NCBI GenBank assembly: GCA_023247255.1
Contig: JAHFGV010000003.1
Location: 5,315-69,314 of the forward strand
DNA: 64,000 nucleotides
Direction: 5' to 3'
DNA from: Candidatus Omnitrophota bacterium
Lineage (GTDB): Bacteria; Omnitrophota; Gorgyraeia; Aquiviventales; Aquiviventaceae
Shown here: positions 1-8,346 of the stretch, piece after piece
How the letters are laid out: every line of letters begins with the position of its first letter
Position numbering within the stretch: the first letter of the stretch is position 1
Made by a program: the position numbers and the translations under genes
The notes under the pieces: model-generated
Database searches by the model: none
Told to the model about the DNA's origin: nothing
What the model saw: the letters and a program-made list of their open reading frames with translations, nothing else

Positions 1-439
1 AATGACCATGGCTGGTATAGGCGCACAGACACACGTCGCTGATCATCAGCAGCTCAGGCATCTGCGACTTAACGGCATTCAACGCTTGCTGCACGATCCC
101 ATCCTTGGCGAAAGCACATCTGGCCTGTTCATCTTTTCGATCCGCGCACCCAAACAGCAGCACGGCAGGAATGTTTCTCGCTGAAAGTTCCCGGCATTCC
201 TTCACCAGCTCATCCACCGACAGTTGAAACTGCCCCGGTAAGGAAGCAATGGGAACACGCACGTGCCTGCCTGAGCGGACAAACAGCGGCATGACCAATT
301 GATCGACGGACAGACGCCTCTGGCGCACCAAACGCCGAAAGGCTTCCCGCTGGCGCAGCCGACGAAGACGTTGGACGCCGGCAACTACGGCTATCTGTGG
401 AGCCACAGCCCGATGGCGGACTCGATTGTTCTTGAGCAC
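1..439 (-). CDS. hemB: Porphobilinogen synthase (delta-aminolevulinate dehydratase), 5' part only; gene continues past window start
   Basis: Minus-strand translation gives ...RRLRQREAFRRLVRQRRLSVDQLVMPLFVRSGRHVRVPIASLPGQFQLSVDELVKECRELSARNIPAVLLFG...ISDVCLCAYTSHGH. This matches the conserved HemB N-terminal half (RRLR motif, PxF, LFG, DxCxCxYTxHGH). Not in the ORF track because it runs off the window. Start is probably GTG at 439. Confidence 0.8.
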   Translation of the reverse strand, partial: MLKNNRVRHRAVAPQIAVVAGVQRLRRLRQREAFRRLVRQRRLSVDQLVMPLFVRSGRHVRVPIASLPGQFQLSVDELVKECRELSARNIPAVLLFGCADRKDEQARCAFAKDGIVQQALNAVKSQMPELLMISDVCLCAYTSHGH

Positions 440-440
440 T

Positions 441-2006
441 TTATGAATGCTGACGGCGGACATAGCGTGAGATCGCTGCGACTAAACCTTCAATGGTAGA
501 AACGGATGCCTCAAGCACGACGCACCCGCCACGGGCGCGGACCGCGCGAGAAGTCACAGGGCCTATGGACGCAAAGTGCAGATTCTTCATCAGCTGGGAT
601 TGCCCGCTCATCGCGAGTGCCTGAGCCAAGTGCTCCACACAACTGGCCGAGGTCACGCTTACCAAATCATAGGGACGCTCCAACAACTCGCTCAAGCGCT
701 TTGCAACGTTCTTGGGCATGACCGCTTGATAGATGGACACCTTCGTCACCGTCATCCCTCTTTGACGTAACCCCTGTTCTAAAACATCTCGACTACCCCG
801 GGCGCTGAAAATGACTGCTCGCTTGCCGACGCTGAATCGACGGGGAAACTCCTGGAGCATCCGCTGTTGGTTGAACCGGTTGGGAACGTAATCGACGTTG
901 ACGCCGGCTGCTTCAATCGCCGCAGCCGTTGCCGGACCGATGGCCCCGATACGACAACCCGCCAAGACACGGATGTCCTTGCGCATGCTTCCAAGCAGAC
1001 GCTTGAACCATCCCATACCCTCTGGGCTGGTGAAGAATACCCAATCCGTTTTTGATAATGTTCGAATGGCTTCACGGAAAAGGCCATTGGTATGGACAGC
1101 AGCCAGGCTGATTACAGGTAGACACTCCACCTCTGCCCCCAAGGTCTCCAATGGCTCCATGAGACTGTTTGCCTTTTCAGAAGATCGGGTCACTAGAACG
1201 CGCGTGCCAAACAGCGGTTTTGTCTCAAACCACGCAAGACGATCGCGCAGACTAACGACGTCACCGACAACAAATACCGCCGGGGGACGAATGCTGGCCT
1301 GCGCGGCCTGTCTTGCAATCGTATCCAAAGAACCTGTGACTACCCGTTGGGAAGACCGAGTGCCCTGTTCGATCACCGCACAGGGTTCATCTTTGGGCCT
1401 GGATGCTTGCTTCAAACGTTCCACGATGTTTGGCAGATTGCCGACGCTCATCAGAAACACCAGCGTATCCACCGCCGCACTTAAAGCCCCCCATCGGATC
1501 TGGGGAAAGGCCTTTGTGGGATCTTCGTGCCCGGTGATCACAGCCACGGATGACGAAAGCTCCCGGTGGGTAACGGGGATTCCTGCATAGGCCGGCACTG
1601 CAATGGCGCTTGTGACCCCGGGGACAATCTCAAAGCGTATGCGTGATTTCGCCAAGGCCAAGGCTTCTTCCCCCCCGCGACCAAAGAGCATGGGATCCCC
1701 TCCTTTCAATCGAACCACGCACTTTCCGGATTTGGCTTCGCGGATGAGTCGAGCGTTGATGACCTCCTGGCTGATGTTGTGAGTCTTAGGTTTCTTGCCG
1801 ACATACACCGACTTTGCTCCCTGAGGGCAATGTTTGAGGATCTCTGGGGAAACGAGGTGATCGTAGACGACCACATCTGCCTGACGCAAAAGCTCCAGAG
1901 CCTTCAGCGTAAGCAACTTCGGATCCCCAGGCCCTGCCCCCACGAGGTAGACAACCCCACGGCTTAATCTCGGATTTCGGATTTCGGATTTCGGATTAAG
2001 AGACAT
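441..2006 (-). CDS. cobA-hemD: Fused uroporphyrinogen-III C-methyltransferase (SUMT) / uroporphyrinogen-III synthase
   Basis: N-terminal half has YLVGAGPGDPKLLTLKA...VVRLKGGDPMLFGRGGEE (SUMT/TP-methylase motifs). C-terminal half has HemD-like repeats. Start chosen at MSLNPK (2006); an alternative ATG lies at 2021. Confidence 0.9.
   Translation of the reverse strand: MSLNPKSEIRNPRLSRGVVYLVGAGPGDPKLLTLKALELLRQADVVVYDHLVSPEILKHCPQGAKSVYVGKKPKTHNISQEVINARLIREAKSGKCVVRLKGGDPMLFGRGGEEALALAKSRIRFEIVPGVTSAIAVPAYAGIPVTHRELSSSVAVITGHEDPTKAFPQIRWGALSAAVDTLVFLMSVGNLPNIVERLKQASRPKDEPCAVIEQGTRSSQRVVTGSLDTIARQAAQASIRPPAVFVVGDVVSLRDRLAWFETKPLFGTRVLVTRSSEKANSLMEPLETLGAEVECLPVISLAAVHTNGLFREAIRTLSKTDWVFFTSPEGMGWFKRLLGSMRKDIRVLAGCRIGAIGPATAAAIEAAGVNVDYVPNRFNQQRMLQEFPRRFSVGKRAVIFSARGSRDVLEQGLRQRGMTVTKVSIYQAVMPKNVAKRLSELLERPYDLVSVTSASCVEHLAQALAMSGQSQLMKNLHFASIGPVTSRAVRARGGCVVLEASVSTIEGLVAAISRYVRRQHS
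1971..1998. repeat. Heptanucleotide tandem repeat (CGGATTT x ~4) inside the first codons of cobA-hemD
   Basis: Direct reading: cggatttcggatttcggatttcggatta. A related aaatccgaaatcc motif also occurs inside the prmC insert (~27420). Confidence 0.8.
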
Positions 2007-2025
2007 TTTTTGCCTATCCACTCAT

Positions 2026-2268
2026 AACTGAGGTTTTGCAAAATGCATCGAGATTAGTGGCAGCGCTCACGTCTGTGTCATGAGTCATGTGTTATGTGTC
2101 ATGAAAGACTGTTTCATGTTTCATGTATCATGAGTCATGGAAAGCAAAAGGCATACTTTGGCCGTGCTTGAGATGCCTGTTTATTTTCTGCTTTTTCATG
2201 ACACATGACTCATGAAACATGACACAATCCTCCAACGCGTTGGCTATTTTTGCAAAAGCCCAGTCATA
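2026..2268. mobile_element. MITE-like element, family B (TGTCATGA-rich terminal inverted repeats around a conserved core; ttttgcaaaa-containing ends)
   Basis: ~30-bp inverted arms (gtgtcatgagtcatgtgttatgtgtcatgaaa / tttcatgacacatgactcatgaaacatgacac) flank the core ggaaagcaaaaggcatactttggcc..gcttgagatgcctgtttattttctgc. Related copies at 22024-22310, 39768-40085, 41232-41400 and 47755-47850. Confidence 0.75.
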
Positions 2269-2282
2269 AGTTTCCCCACACC

Positions 2283-2469
2283 CCTTCAGGGTTCAAATCC
2301 CGCCATGATGAAAAAAGCGCGCCTGGCGGATATGAACCGTCGCTCGGTTTCGCCTCGCTCCCTGAGGGGAACTCAATGTTCCCCTCAGTACTCCCTTCCT
2401 AACTACGTGGGGAAACTATAGTTTCCCTACACCCCTTCAGGGTTCAAATCCCGCTACAATGGAAAAACG
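2283..2469. repeat. Hairpin-repeat array carrying two degenerate inverted copies of the tRNA-Arg 3' half
   Basis: ggttcaaatcccgcc....gcgcgcctggcgg(g)at(a/t)tgaacc occurs twice. Between them are palindromes cctgaggggaac..gttcccctcag and gtggggaaactatagtttccctac. Confidence 0.7.
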
Positions 2470-2542
2470 CGCGCCTGGCGGGATTTGAACCCACGGCATC
2501 CAGCTCCGGAGGCTGGCGCTCTATCCGCTGAGCTACAGGCGC
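2470..2542 (-). tRNA. tRNA-Arg (anticodon CCG)
   Basis: Reverse complement reads GCGCCTGTAGCTCAGCGGATAGAGCGCCAGCCTCCGGAGCTGGATGCCGTGGGTTCAAATCCCGCCAGGCGCG. 7-bp acceptor stem, anticodon loop CTCCGGA, TTCAAAT T-loop. CCA is not encoded. Confidence 0.9.
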
Positions 2543-2760
2543 GTCGGAACTCGGCTATTGCCTCGTTCCTCCCTGAGGGGAACCCAGCGTTCCCCTCAGT
2601 ACTCCCTTCCTAACTACGTAGGGAAACTATAGTTTCCCTACACCCCTTCAGCGCCTTCGTCTCAACTCAGGCGCGTCGGAACTCGGCTATCGCCTCGTTC
2701 CTCCCTGAGGGGAACCCAGCGTTTCCCTCAGTTCTCCCCTCCTAACTACGTGGGGAAACT
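2543..2760. repeat. Two ~100-bp direct repeats of a palindromic hairpin unit upstream (5') of tRNA-Arg
   Basis: cgtcggaactcggctat.gcctcgttcctccctgaggggaacccagcgtt(c)ccctcagt.ctccc.tcctaactacgt.gggaaactat is repeated at 2543-2640 and 2663-2760. Confidence 0.75.
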
Positions 2761-2771
2761 ATGGATTGGTG

Positions 2772-4085
2772 TCAATCTGTTGCGGTAAATCCAGCAGAAA
2801 GCTTCCAAATTTCGCCACCCTTGTCGTTCCTCGTACCGGCATAGAGTTGTCCTCGGAAAGCCAAGAGTGAGAAGATTGAACTGTTCTCTATGTCGCCGAA
2901 GCCACTACGCACAGGTGCCTCTGGGCCGACCAGACACTGCCAGATTATCCCATCGTGGCTGGCCCAGAGCTGGGCACCGTGGTCAATGTTTGTCGTACCG
3001 AGAAACAGCTGATCGCCCAGCACAGCCAACGAAACTAGACCGACGTTACCAGACAGGCCAAAGCCCATCGGATAGCGCGCGGGCAAATCCCCAACGACAA
3101 CTTCCCAAGTAGTACCGTCTGGACTTCGCCAGAGCGCCCCACCTTCACTGGCTCGGTCCCAGACTGCCGCATACAGATAACCTTTGAAACTAGCCAGATC
3201 GAAAATCATATCATGGCTGACATGACCCATACCAGCGCGGTAGGCTGAGGGAGAGCCGACGGTTGCTTCCCAAAATCGGCCCTCCTGTGTACGCCAAATC
3301 TCGGAACCACCGGTACGCTGATCGCCTGTGGCGAAATAGAGCCAGCCGTTGAAAACCTCGGCATCCAGCAGGTACTTGCTCTCGCGGGCAAAGGCTGTCT
3401 GCAATGCGAATCGCTCTCCCGCAATCGGCTCCCAGGTTTGGCTCTTCGCATGAAGTGACCAGACCTCGACTCCGTCCTTGCAGTACAGGCTGCCGGTGCC
3501 AGCGAAGAGTTGGTCACGGAATACCGCCAGCGCCGTGATGCCGGAGTTCTCCTGCTTGCCAAAACCGCCCGCCATTGGCACACCATGACCGATGACCAAT
3601 GTCCAAGTCATTCCATCAGGACTGCGCCAGAGCTCAGCACCGTCGATTTCGTTCCAAGTACCGGCGTACAAGTGGTCATCGAAGACCACAAGGGCGTTGA
3701 TCGACTCATTGTGGGGATTCCCGAAGCCGCTAGGCGTAGCCGTCCCAGGCCCGATCACACGTTCCCAGGTAGTGCCATCTAGGCTGCGGAGTAATTGGCA
3801 GCCCTTGTTTTCGTCAAAACCACCGGCGAACAACATGCCTTGGAATTTCACGAGTGGATCAAAGAGCCCGACCTCAGAATCGCCGAAGCCTGCTTGAACC
3901 ACTCGATTCCAGCGTCCGGTAGTATCCGCAATCTCCTCGATGCGTGCGGTCGGCTCTTCGGCAGAAGCAACTGCCAAGACTTCGGCAGAAGCAACTGCCA
4001 AGATAGATAGGAGACTAACCCTGACGCCTAAACTACAGCCACCAATCTGTGAGAATACCCGTCGTCTGGAATCGGGTCTTGCCAT
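2772..4085 (-). CDS. Secreted beta-propeller protein with ~8 Asp-box (BNR-like SxDxGxTW) repeats
   Basis: Signal peptide, then a ~50-aa periodic unit GFG..N.....AVF...L(Y/F)AGT...G.E(L/I)WRSPDG.TW repeated ~8 times. A 24-bp tandem duplication sits at 3943-3990 (LAVASAEV/LAVASAEE). Confidence 0.7.
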   Translation of the reverse strand: MARPDSRRRVFSQIGGCSLGVRVSLLSILAVASAEVLAVASAEEPTARIEEIADTTGRWNRVVQAGFGDSEVGLFDPLVKFQGMLFAGGFDENKGCQLLRSLDGTTWERVIGPGTATPSGFGNPHNESINALVVFDDHLYAGTWNEIDGAELWRSPDGMTWTLVIGHGVPMAGGFGKQENSGITALAVFRDQLFAGTGSLYCKDGVEVWSLHAKSQTWEPIAGERFALQTAFARESKYLLDAEVFNGWLYFATGDQRTGGSEIWRTQEGRFWEATVGSPSAYRAGMGHVSHDMIFDLASFKGYLYAAVWDRASEGGALWRSPDGTTWEVVVGDLPARYPMGFGLSGNVGLVSLAVLGDQLFLGTTNIDHGAQLWASHDGIIWQCLVGPEAPVRSGFGDIENSSIFSLLAFRGQLYAGTRNDKGGEIWKLSAGFTATD

Positions 4086-4167
4086 TTGGGCCAGAAAAAA
4101 AGGTTCTATGCGCCTTATCGCGTGAGTAAGACCTTTGCTCCTTGTAAAATCAAAGTTGGAAATTTCT

Positions 4168-4250
4168 CATCCCTGCATAGGGTCAGGCATTCATTATCCT
4201 AATTATTCGGATTCAATCCAAATACTTAACATATTGAATGACCCCTAATT
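4168..4250. mobile_element. MITE-like element, family E (gggtcaggcatt ... aatgcctgaccc terminal inverted repeats)
   Basis: Shares the gaacatattgaatg.ctgaccc core with copies at 10583-10712 and 11741-11825. Confidence 0.6.
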
Positions 4251-5168
4251 TTGCTTCAGCAAATGGAGGGCTCCTTGCGAAATAAGGCGGCGAGCCAATT
4301 GTTCTCCAAGGTTGATAGGATCATTCAGGGGACCCTGAGTCTGTCCACGCACCAACTGTGTTCCATCGGGACGAGCTACCATACCGTCAAGCTCTAGGGT
4401 GTCCTGCCGGTAAGACGCATAAGCGGCAATGGGAACCCGGCAGCCACCTCCCAGAGCGCGCAAGAATGCGCGCTCTGCCTCGACACAAGCCCGGTTTTTC
4501 TTGTTGCCCAATGGTTGTAACAGCTCTAGGGTTTCTGGATCGTCTTCACGCGCCTCAAGCGCTAAGGCTCCCTGGCCCGGCTCCGGAAGCATGACATCCA
4601 GTCCCAGAAACTCTGTGATCCGATCTTCAAGCCCAAGACGAATCAGGCCACAGGCCGCCACAACGATTGCGTCGTATTGTCCTTCGTCCAGCTTGCGCAA
4701 CCGGCTATCCACATTGCCGCGTATATCGATCATCTTTAGATCCCGGCGAGCATGCAACAATTGGCTCCGTCGACGAAGGCTGGACGTTCCCACGCGCGAT
4801 CCGATGGGAAGATCCGCCAGCTTTTTTGCTCCTCGGGATACCAAAGCATCGCGGGGCTCTTCACGTTTCAACACGGCGGCGAGACTTAGTCCCTGCGGCA
4901 GATCCAAGGGCAAGTCCTTGAGGCTGTGCACAGCCACGTCGATGGCATTGTCTTGCAAGGCGATCTCAAGCTCTTTGACGAAAATTCCCTCCCCCGCGAT
5001 TTCAGTCAGGGGCCGTTGCGAATCTTTATCCGCCTGGGCCTGGATGACTACACGTTCGATCACACGATCCGTGGCGCGTTGCTCAAGGATCGTCTGCACG
5101 ATCCGAGCCTGGGCTACTGCTAAGGAACTGCCACGAGTTCCGAGACGGATGGGACGTGAGGCGTGCAT
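4245..5168 (-). CDS. hemC: Porphobilinogen deaminase (hydroxymethylbilane synthase)
   Basis: IRLGTRGSSLAVAQA...GRVGTSSLRR...LRGNVDSRLRKL motifs. Start may be 5168 or 5192. Confidence 0.9.
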   Translation of the reverse strand: MHASRPIRLGTRGSSLAVAQARIVQTILEQRATDRVIERVVIQAQADKDSQRPLTEIAGEGIFVKELEIALQDNAIDVAVHSLKDLPLDLPQGLSLAAVLKREEPRDALVSRGAKKLADLPIGSRVGTSSLRRRSQLLHARRDLKMIDIRGNVDSRLRKLDEGQYDAIVVAACGLIRLGLEDRITEFLGLDVMLPEPGQGALALEAREDDPETLELLQPLGNKKNRACVEAERAFLRALGGGCRVPIAAYASYRQDTLELDGMVARPDGTQLVRGQTQGPLNDPINLGEQLARRLISQGALHLLKQN

Positions 5169-6193
5169 CGTGATCGTTCGTTGGTCCACCAACGGAGGAA
5201 GTGCTCGACCTTTGCATGGAGAATCGCCCGGGAATGCGAAAGGGAAGCCTCTCGCTGTTGATAGGTCTGCGTGATGAGCTCCTGAAGATCGTCGATATTG
5301 AAAAGATAGACATTATCCATCCGCCCGCTGGCTGGATCTATATTTCGGGGAAGCCCCAGATCGATCAGGCATAATGGCCGATGGTGTCGTGTGCGCATCG
5401 CCTGTGCAATGTCTGTCTGCCTCAATAGGTACGCGGGAGCGGTTGCTGAACTGATCACGATATCCGCATCCAGCAGCTGATCCTGAAGCTGATCCAAAGA
5501 TACAAGGCTGGCTGCATAGCTCTGCGCCAAGCTCTGGATACGATCGGCAGTACGGTTGACGATCCGCAAACGGCTCGCACCTCTGGCGACGAGGTGTTTA
5601 AGCGTCGCTTCCCCGATCTTTCCAGCACCCACGAGAACAACGGTGGCTCGGTTGAGCCTGCCGAAGATTTTTTCGGAAAGCTCGACTGCAAGCGTCGCAA
5701 TCGATGCACAGCCCTGCCCGATCGCCGTCTGCGACCGAACCGCCTTGGCGGCATTGAAGGCTCGTTGAAAAAGCACGTTGAACACTTTGCCCGTCGATCC
5801 CGCTTCTTTTGCCACAGCGTAGGCGCGTTTGACCTGATGCAGGATCTCGGACTCACCGAGCACCATTGAATCCAATCCACTGGCCACTGCAAAAAGATGC
5901 TGGACACTCCCTGGCTCTGCCGTCTGATAACACCTCGACGTCACTAGATGATGGTCCAAGCGACCATGGCTGCTGAGGAAATGTTGGAGCCGGGGTATGC
6001 CCTGTTGCCAGTCGGGCACACCGGCATAGATTTCGATTCGATTACACGTCGAGAGAATCGCACTTTCGCGCAATCCCATTTCCACGCGCAATCGTGCCAG
6101 CGCCTGGGGGAGTTGTTCGGATGTAAAGGCTAGCTTCTCACGAAGCTCAATCGGCGCCGACCGATAATTGAGCCCTACCACCACAATGTGCAT
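5120..6193 (-). CDS. hemA: Glutamyl-tRNA reductase
   Basis: MHIVVVGLNYRSAPIELREKLAF...LSTCNRIEIY...VLVGAGKIGE. Overlaps the hemC 5' end. Confidence 0.9.
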   Translation of the reverse strand: MHIVVVGLNYRSAPIELREKLAFTSEQLPQALARLRVEMGLRESAILSTCNRIEIYAGVPDWQQGIPRLQHFLSSHGRLDHHLVTSRCYQTAEPGSVQHLFAVASGLDSMVLGESEILHQVKRAYAVAKEAGSTGKVFNVLFQRAFNAAKAVRSQTAIGQGCASIATLAVELSEKIFGRLNRATVVLVGAGKIGEATLKHLVARGASRLRIVNRTADRIQSLAQSYAASLVSLDQLQDQLLDADIVISSATAPAYLLRQTDIAQAMRTRHHRPLCLIDLGLPRNIDPASGRMDNVYLFNIDDLQELITQTYQQREASLSHSRAILHAKVEHFLRWWTNERSRCTPHVPSVSELVAVP

Positions 6194-6197
6194 CGTC

Positions 6198-6686
6198 TTA
6201 TTGACCCGCGATCCGTAGCCGGTGGGCCGTTGACGCATCGGCTACTTTATAAGGATGCCGCGAGGCCAACAACCATCCCGCTCCGAGACAGGTGAATAAA
6301 ACGAGGCTAAACCCCAGGATGGAAAGCAGGGCGACAGGTCTGCCGCGTAACGTCGAACGCAGACGCACCAGAAACAGGAGAAAATAACCGCTCCACAATA
6401 ACAGCGTAAGGTACACTTTGGGGTCGTCCACCCACCAGCGACCCAAAAGTGTGCGCTGTCCCAGGATTCCGTAGAATACGCCCAGGCTCAAGAGTCCGAA
6501 TCCAAGACCGATCGCCAAGAGGTTCACTCGATCTAAGGCTCCCAAGGATGGCAACCGATGGAACAACGCCCCCATACGCTTACGCTTGATCTGGCGCTCC
6601 TGCAGCAGAAACAACAGGCCGCTGCCAAAAGCTACCAGGAACGCGACGTAACTCAGCCAGGAACATACCGTGTGCCACGTGAGCAT
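6198..6686 (-). CDS. HemX-like / cytochrome c assembly (CcsA-family) small polytopic membrane protein
   Basis: 4-5 TM helices. Sits immediately upstream of hemA, as hemX does in the B. subtilis hemAXCDBL operon. Confidence 0.55.
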   Translation of the reverse strand: MLTWHTVCSWLSYVAFLVAFGSGLLFLLQERQIKRKRMGALFHRLPSLGALDRVNLLAIGLGFGLLSLGVFYGILGQRTLLGRWWVDDPKVYLTLLLWSGYFLLFLVRLRSTLRGRPVALLSILGFSLVLFTCLGAGWLLASRHPYKVADASTAHRLRIAGQ

Positions 6687-6690
6687 TGCC

Positions 6691-7371
6691 CTATTCTTTT
6701 CCGTCGCTCATCGCACGTCGGTCGTAGGAAGGATACCCAGCGAGCAGTTCGGAAGCCTTCTGTTGGGCCTTCTTAAGCTGTCCGCCCCGCACCAGCTCAA
6801 AGACTGGCCCATCGAAGAGACACTTGAAATAACGCTTGCGCGCCTCAGGATGGCTGAGATGCTCGTGGACTTTAGGACGTAAGGCTTCGACGAACCTCAA
6901 CATCCTGGCCTGCTTGGGACTTGCTATGCGAGCAAGATCCTGTCGGAGTCGCTTGGCCAAAAGCGGACTTCTGCCTCCTGTGCTGAAGGCCACGGTCAAG
7001 GCGCCCCGTCGATAAATCGAAGGCGCGATAAAGGAACAGAGTCTGGGTTGATCCACGACATTGGCAAAGATGCCAAGGCTCGTCGCGGCACGAGCAGCGC
7101 GGGTATTAATCGCGGGATCGTCAGTCGCTGAGATGATCAACCAAGCCCCTCGAAAATCGTCGCGGCGGACAACTCGTGAAAGGTATCGAAGACGCCCTCG
7201 ACGTGCGGCAGTCTGAAGACCACGCGTCACACTTGGGCTCACGACGGTCACAGAAGCCCCTGCACGCAACAATCCCAAGGCCTTTCGCTGTGCGATCATC
7301 CCCCCACCTACCACCACGCACCGACGGCCAGTCAGATCGACAAACAATGGATAATACCTTGGTCGACTCAT
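6691..7371 (-). CDS. sirC: Precorrin-2 dehydrogenase / sirohydrochlorin ferrochelatase (siroheme synthase N-domain type)
   Basis: YPLFVDLTGRRCVVVGGG.IAQRK Rossmann motif typical of CysG-N/SirC/Met8. Confidence 0.8.
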   Translation of the reverse strand: MSRPRYYPLFVDLTGRRCVVVGGGMIAQRKALGLLRAGASVTVVSPSVTRGLQTAARRGRLRYLSRVVRRDDFRGAWLIISATDDPAINTRAARAATSLGIFANVVDQPRLCSFIAPSIYRRGALTVAFSTGGRSPLLAKRLRQDLARIASPKQARMLRFVEALRPKVHEHLSHPEARKRYFKCLFDGPVFELVRGGQLKKAQQKASELLAGYPSYDRRAMSDGKE

Positions 7372-7383
7372 GGGCGGAACTGT

Positions 7384-8211
7384 CTAAAGACCTATTTCTT
7401 CCGGTTTCATGGACACCGTGTGTTCCTTGTCTGGAAACCGACCGGATTTGACGTCTCGCACATAAGCGGCCGCCGCTTGTCGAATGACCGGAGCCAGCTC
7501 GGCATAGCGTTTGACGAATCGAGGCTTGAAGCGTTCAAACAATCCCAAAAGGTCATAGGTAACCAGGACCTGGCCGTCACAAAAAACACCGGAACCAATC
7601 CCAATCGTCGGGATACGAAGCCGCCTGGTAATCTCCTGAGCCAGAACGTCCGGCAGACATTCCAGAACGACAGAAAAGCATCCTAACTCTTCCATGGCTG
7701 TGGCCTGCGTGAGCAATCGGGCAGCAGAGGAAGCATCCTTGCCGCGCATCCCAAAACCCCCTTCGTTGGCCGCCGTCTGAGGAGTCAAACCCACATGGGC
7801 CATCACCGGGATGCCGGCTTTGACGATGGCGCTCACCACGCGTTCGATGTCTGGCTTCCACTCGACTTTGACGGCCTCGCAGCCAGCTTCCTCAATAAAA
7901 CGCCGAGCGTGGCGCACGGTCTGCTCGATCGAAGACTCAAATGCCATAAGGGGCATGTCCCCAACGAGCAAGGCTCTTGAAACCCCGCGTCTGGCTGCTT
8001 TGGCGTGATGGAGCATTTCCTCCATCGTCACGGGAGCGGTCGTCTCATAGCCCAGCACCACCATGCCGAGGGAATCTCCAACCAGCACGATATCGAGTGC
8101 GGCTTCATCCAAGAGCTTGGCCATCGGGCAGTCATAGGCCGTAAGCATCGTGATCTTCTCTGCTTTGGCCTTGGCCTGTCGGATGGCATCCACCGTCACC
8201 TTCGCCATCAA
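7384..8211 (-). CDS. panB: 3-methyl-2-oxobutanoate hydroxymethyltransferase (ketopantoate hydroxymethyltransferase)
   Basis: KITMLTAYDCPMAKLLDEAALDIVLVGDSLGMVVLGY...VKVEW consensus. Confidence 0.9.
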   Translation of the reverse strand: MMAKVTVDAIRQAKAKAEKITMLTAYDCPMAKLLDEAALDIVLVGDSLGMVVLGYETTAPVTMEEMLHHAKAARRGVSRALLVGDMPLMAFESSIEQTVRHARRFIEEAGCEAVKVEWKPDIERVVSAIVKAGIPVMAHVGLTPQTAANEGGFGMRGKDASSAARLLTQATAMEELGCFSVVLECLPDVLAQEITRRLRIPTIGIGSGVFCDGQVLVTYDLLGLFERFKPRFVKRYAELAPVIRQAAAAYVRDVKSGRFPDKEHTVSMKPEEIGL

Positions 8212-8257
8212 TACTTTCGCTGCGCAAGATTGATTTTTTCTCCTAGACAGGTTGCTG

Positions 8258-8335
8258 AAAAACCCCTAGGGATACCCAGGCTGCTCAAAAAGGTACAGAT
8301 GCAACGCCGCAGATGCGCCTTTTTCAGCAGCCTGC
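8258..8335. repeat. Small repeat, family D (ctgaaaaacccct / gcgcctttttcagcagcctgc hairpin-type)
   Basis: Related copies at 9335-9400, 25072-25135, 27355-27440, 37535-37600, 62055-62105 and 62655-62725. Confidence 0.6.
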
Positions 8336-8346
8336 GATGTCCCGGA

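Noticed and set aside
898-1590. 230-aa plus-strand ORF inside cobA-hemD
   Set aside because: Antisense shadow ORF. The minus-strand SUMT/HemD motifs are unambiguous.
2000-2800. Possible CRISPR array or prophage attachment site around tRNA-Arg
   Set aside because: The repeats are palindromic hairpin units and tRNA-half inverted copies of irregular spacing, with no unique spacers. No cas genes, integrase, excisionase (other than the unrelated HTH at 40917) or phage genes in the window.
4429-5274. 281-aa plus-strand ORF, S/R-rich, antisense to hemC/hemA
   Set aside because: It lies entirely within well-supported minus-strand genes. It has low-complexity composition typical of an antisense frame in GC-rich coding DNA, and no motifs.
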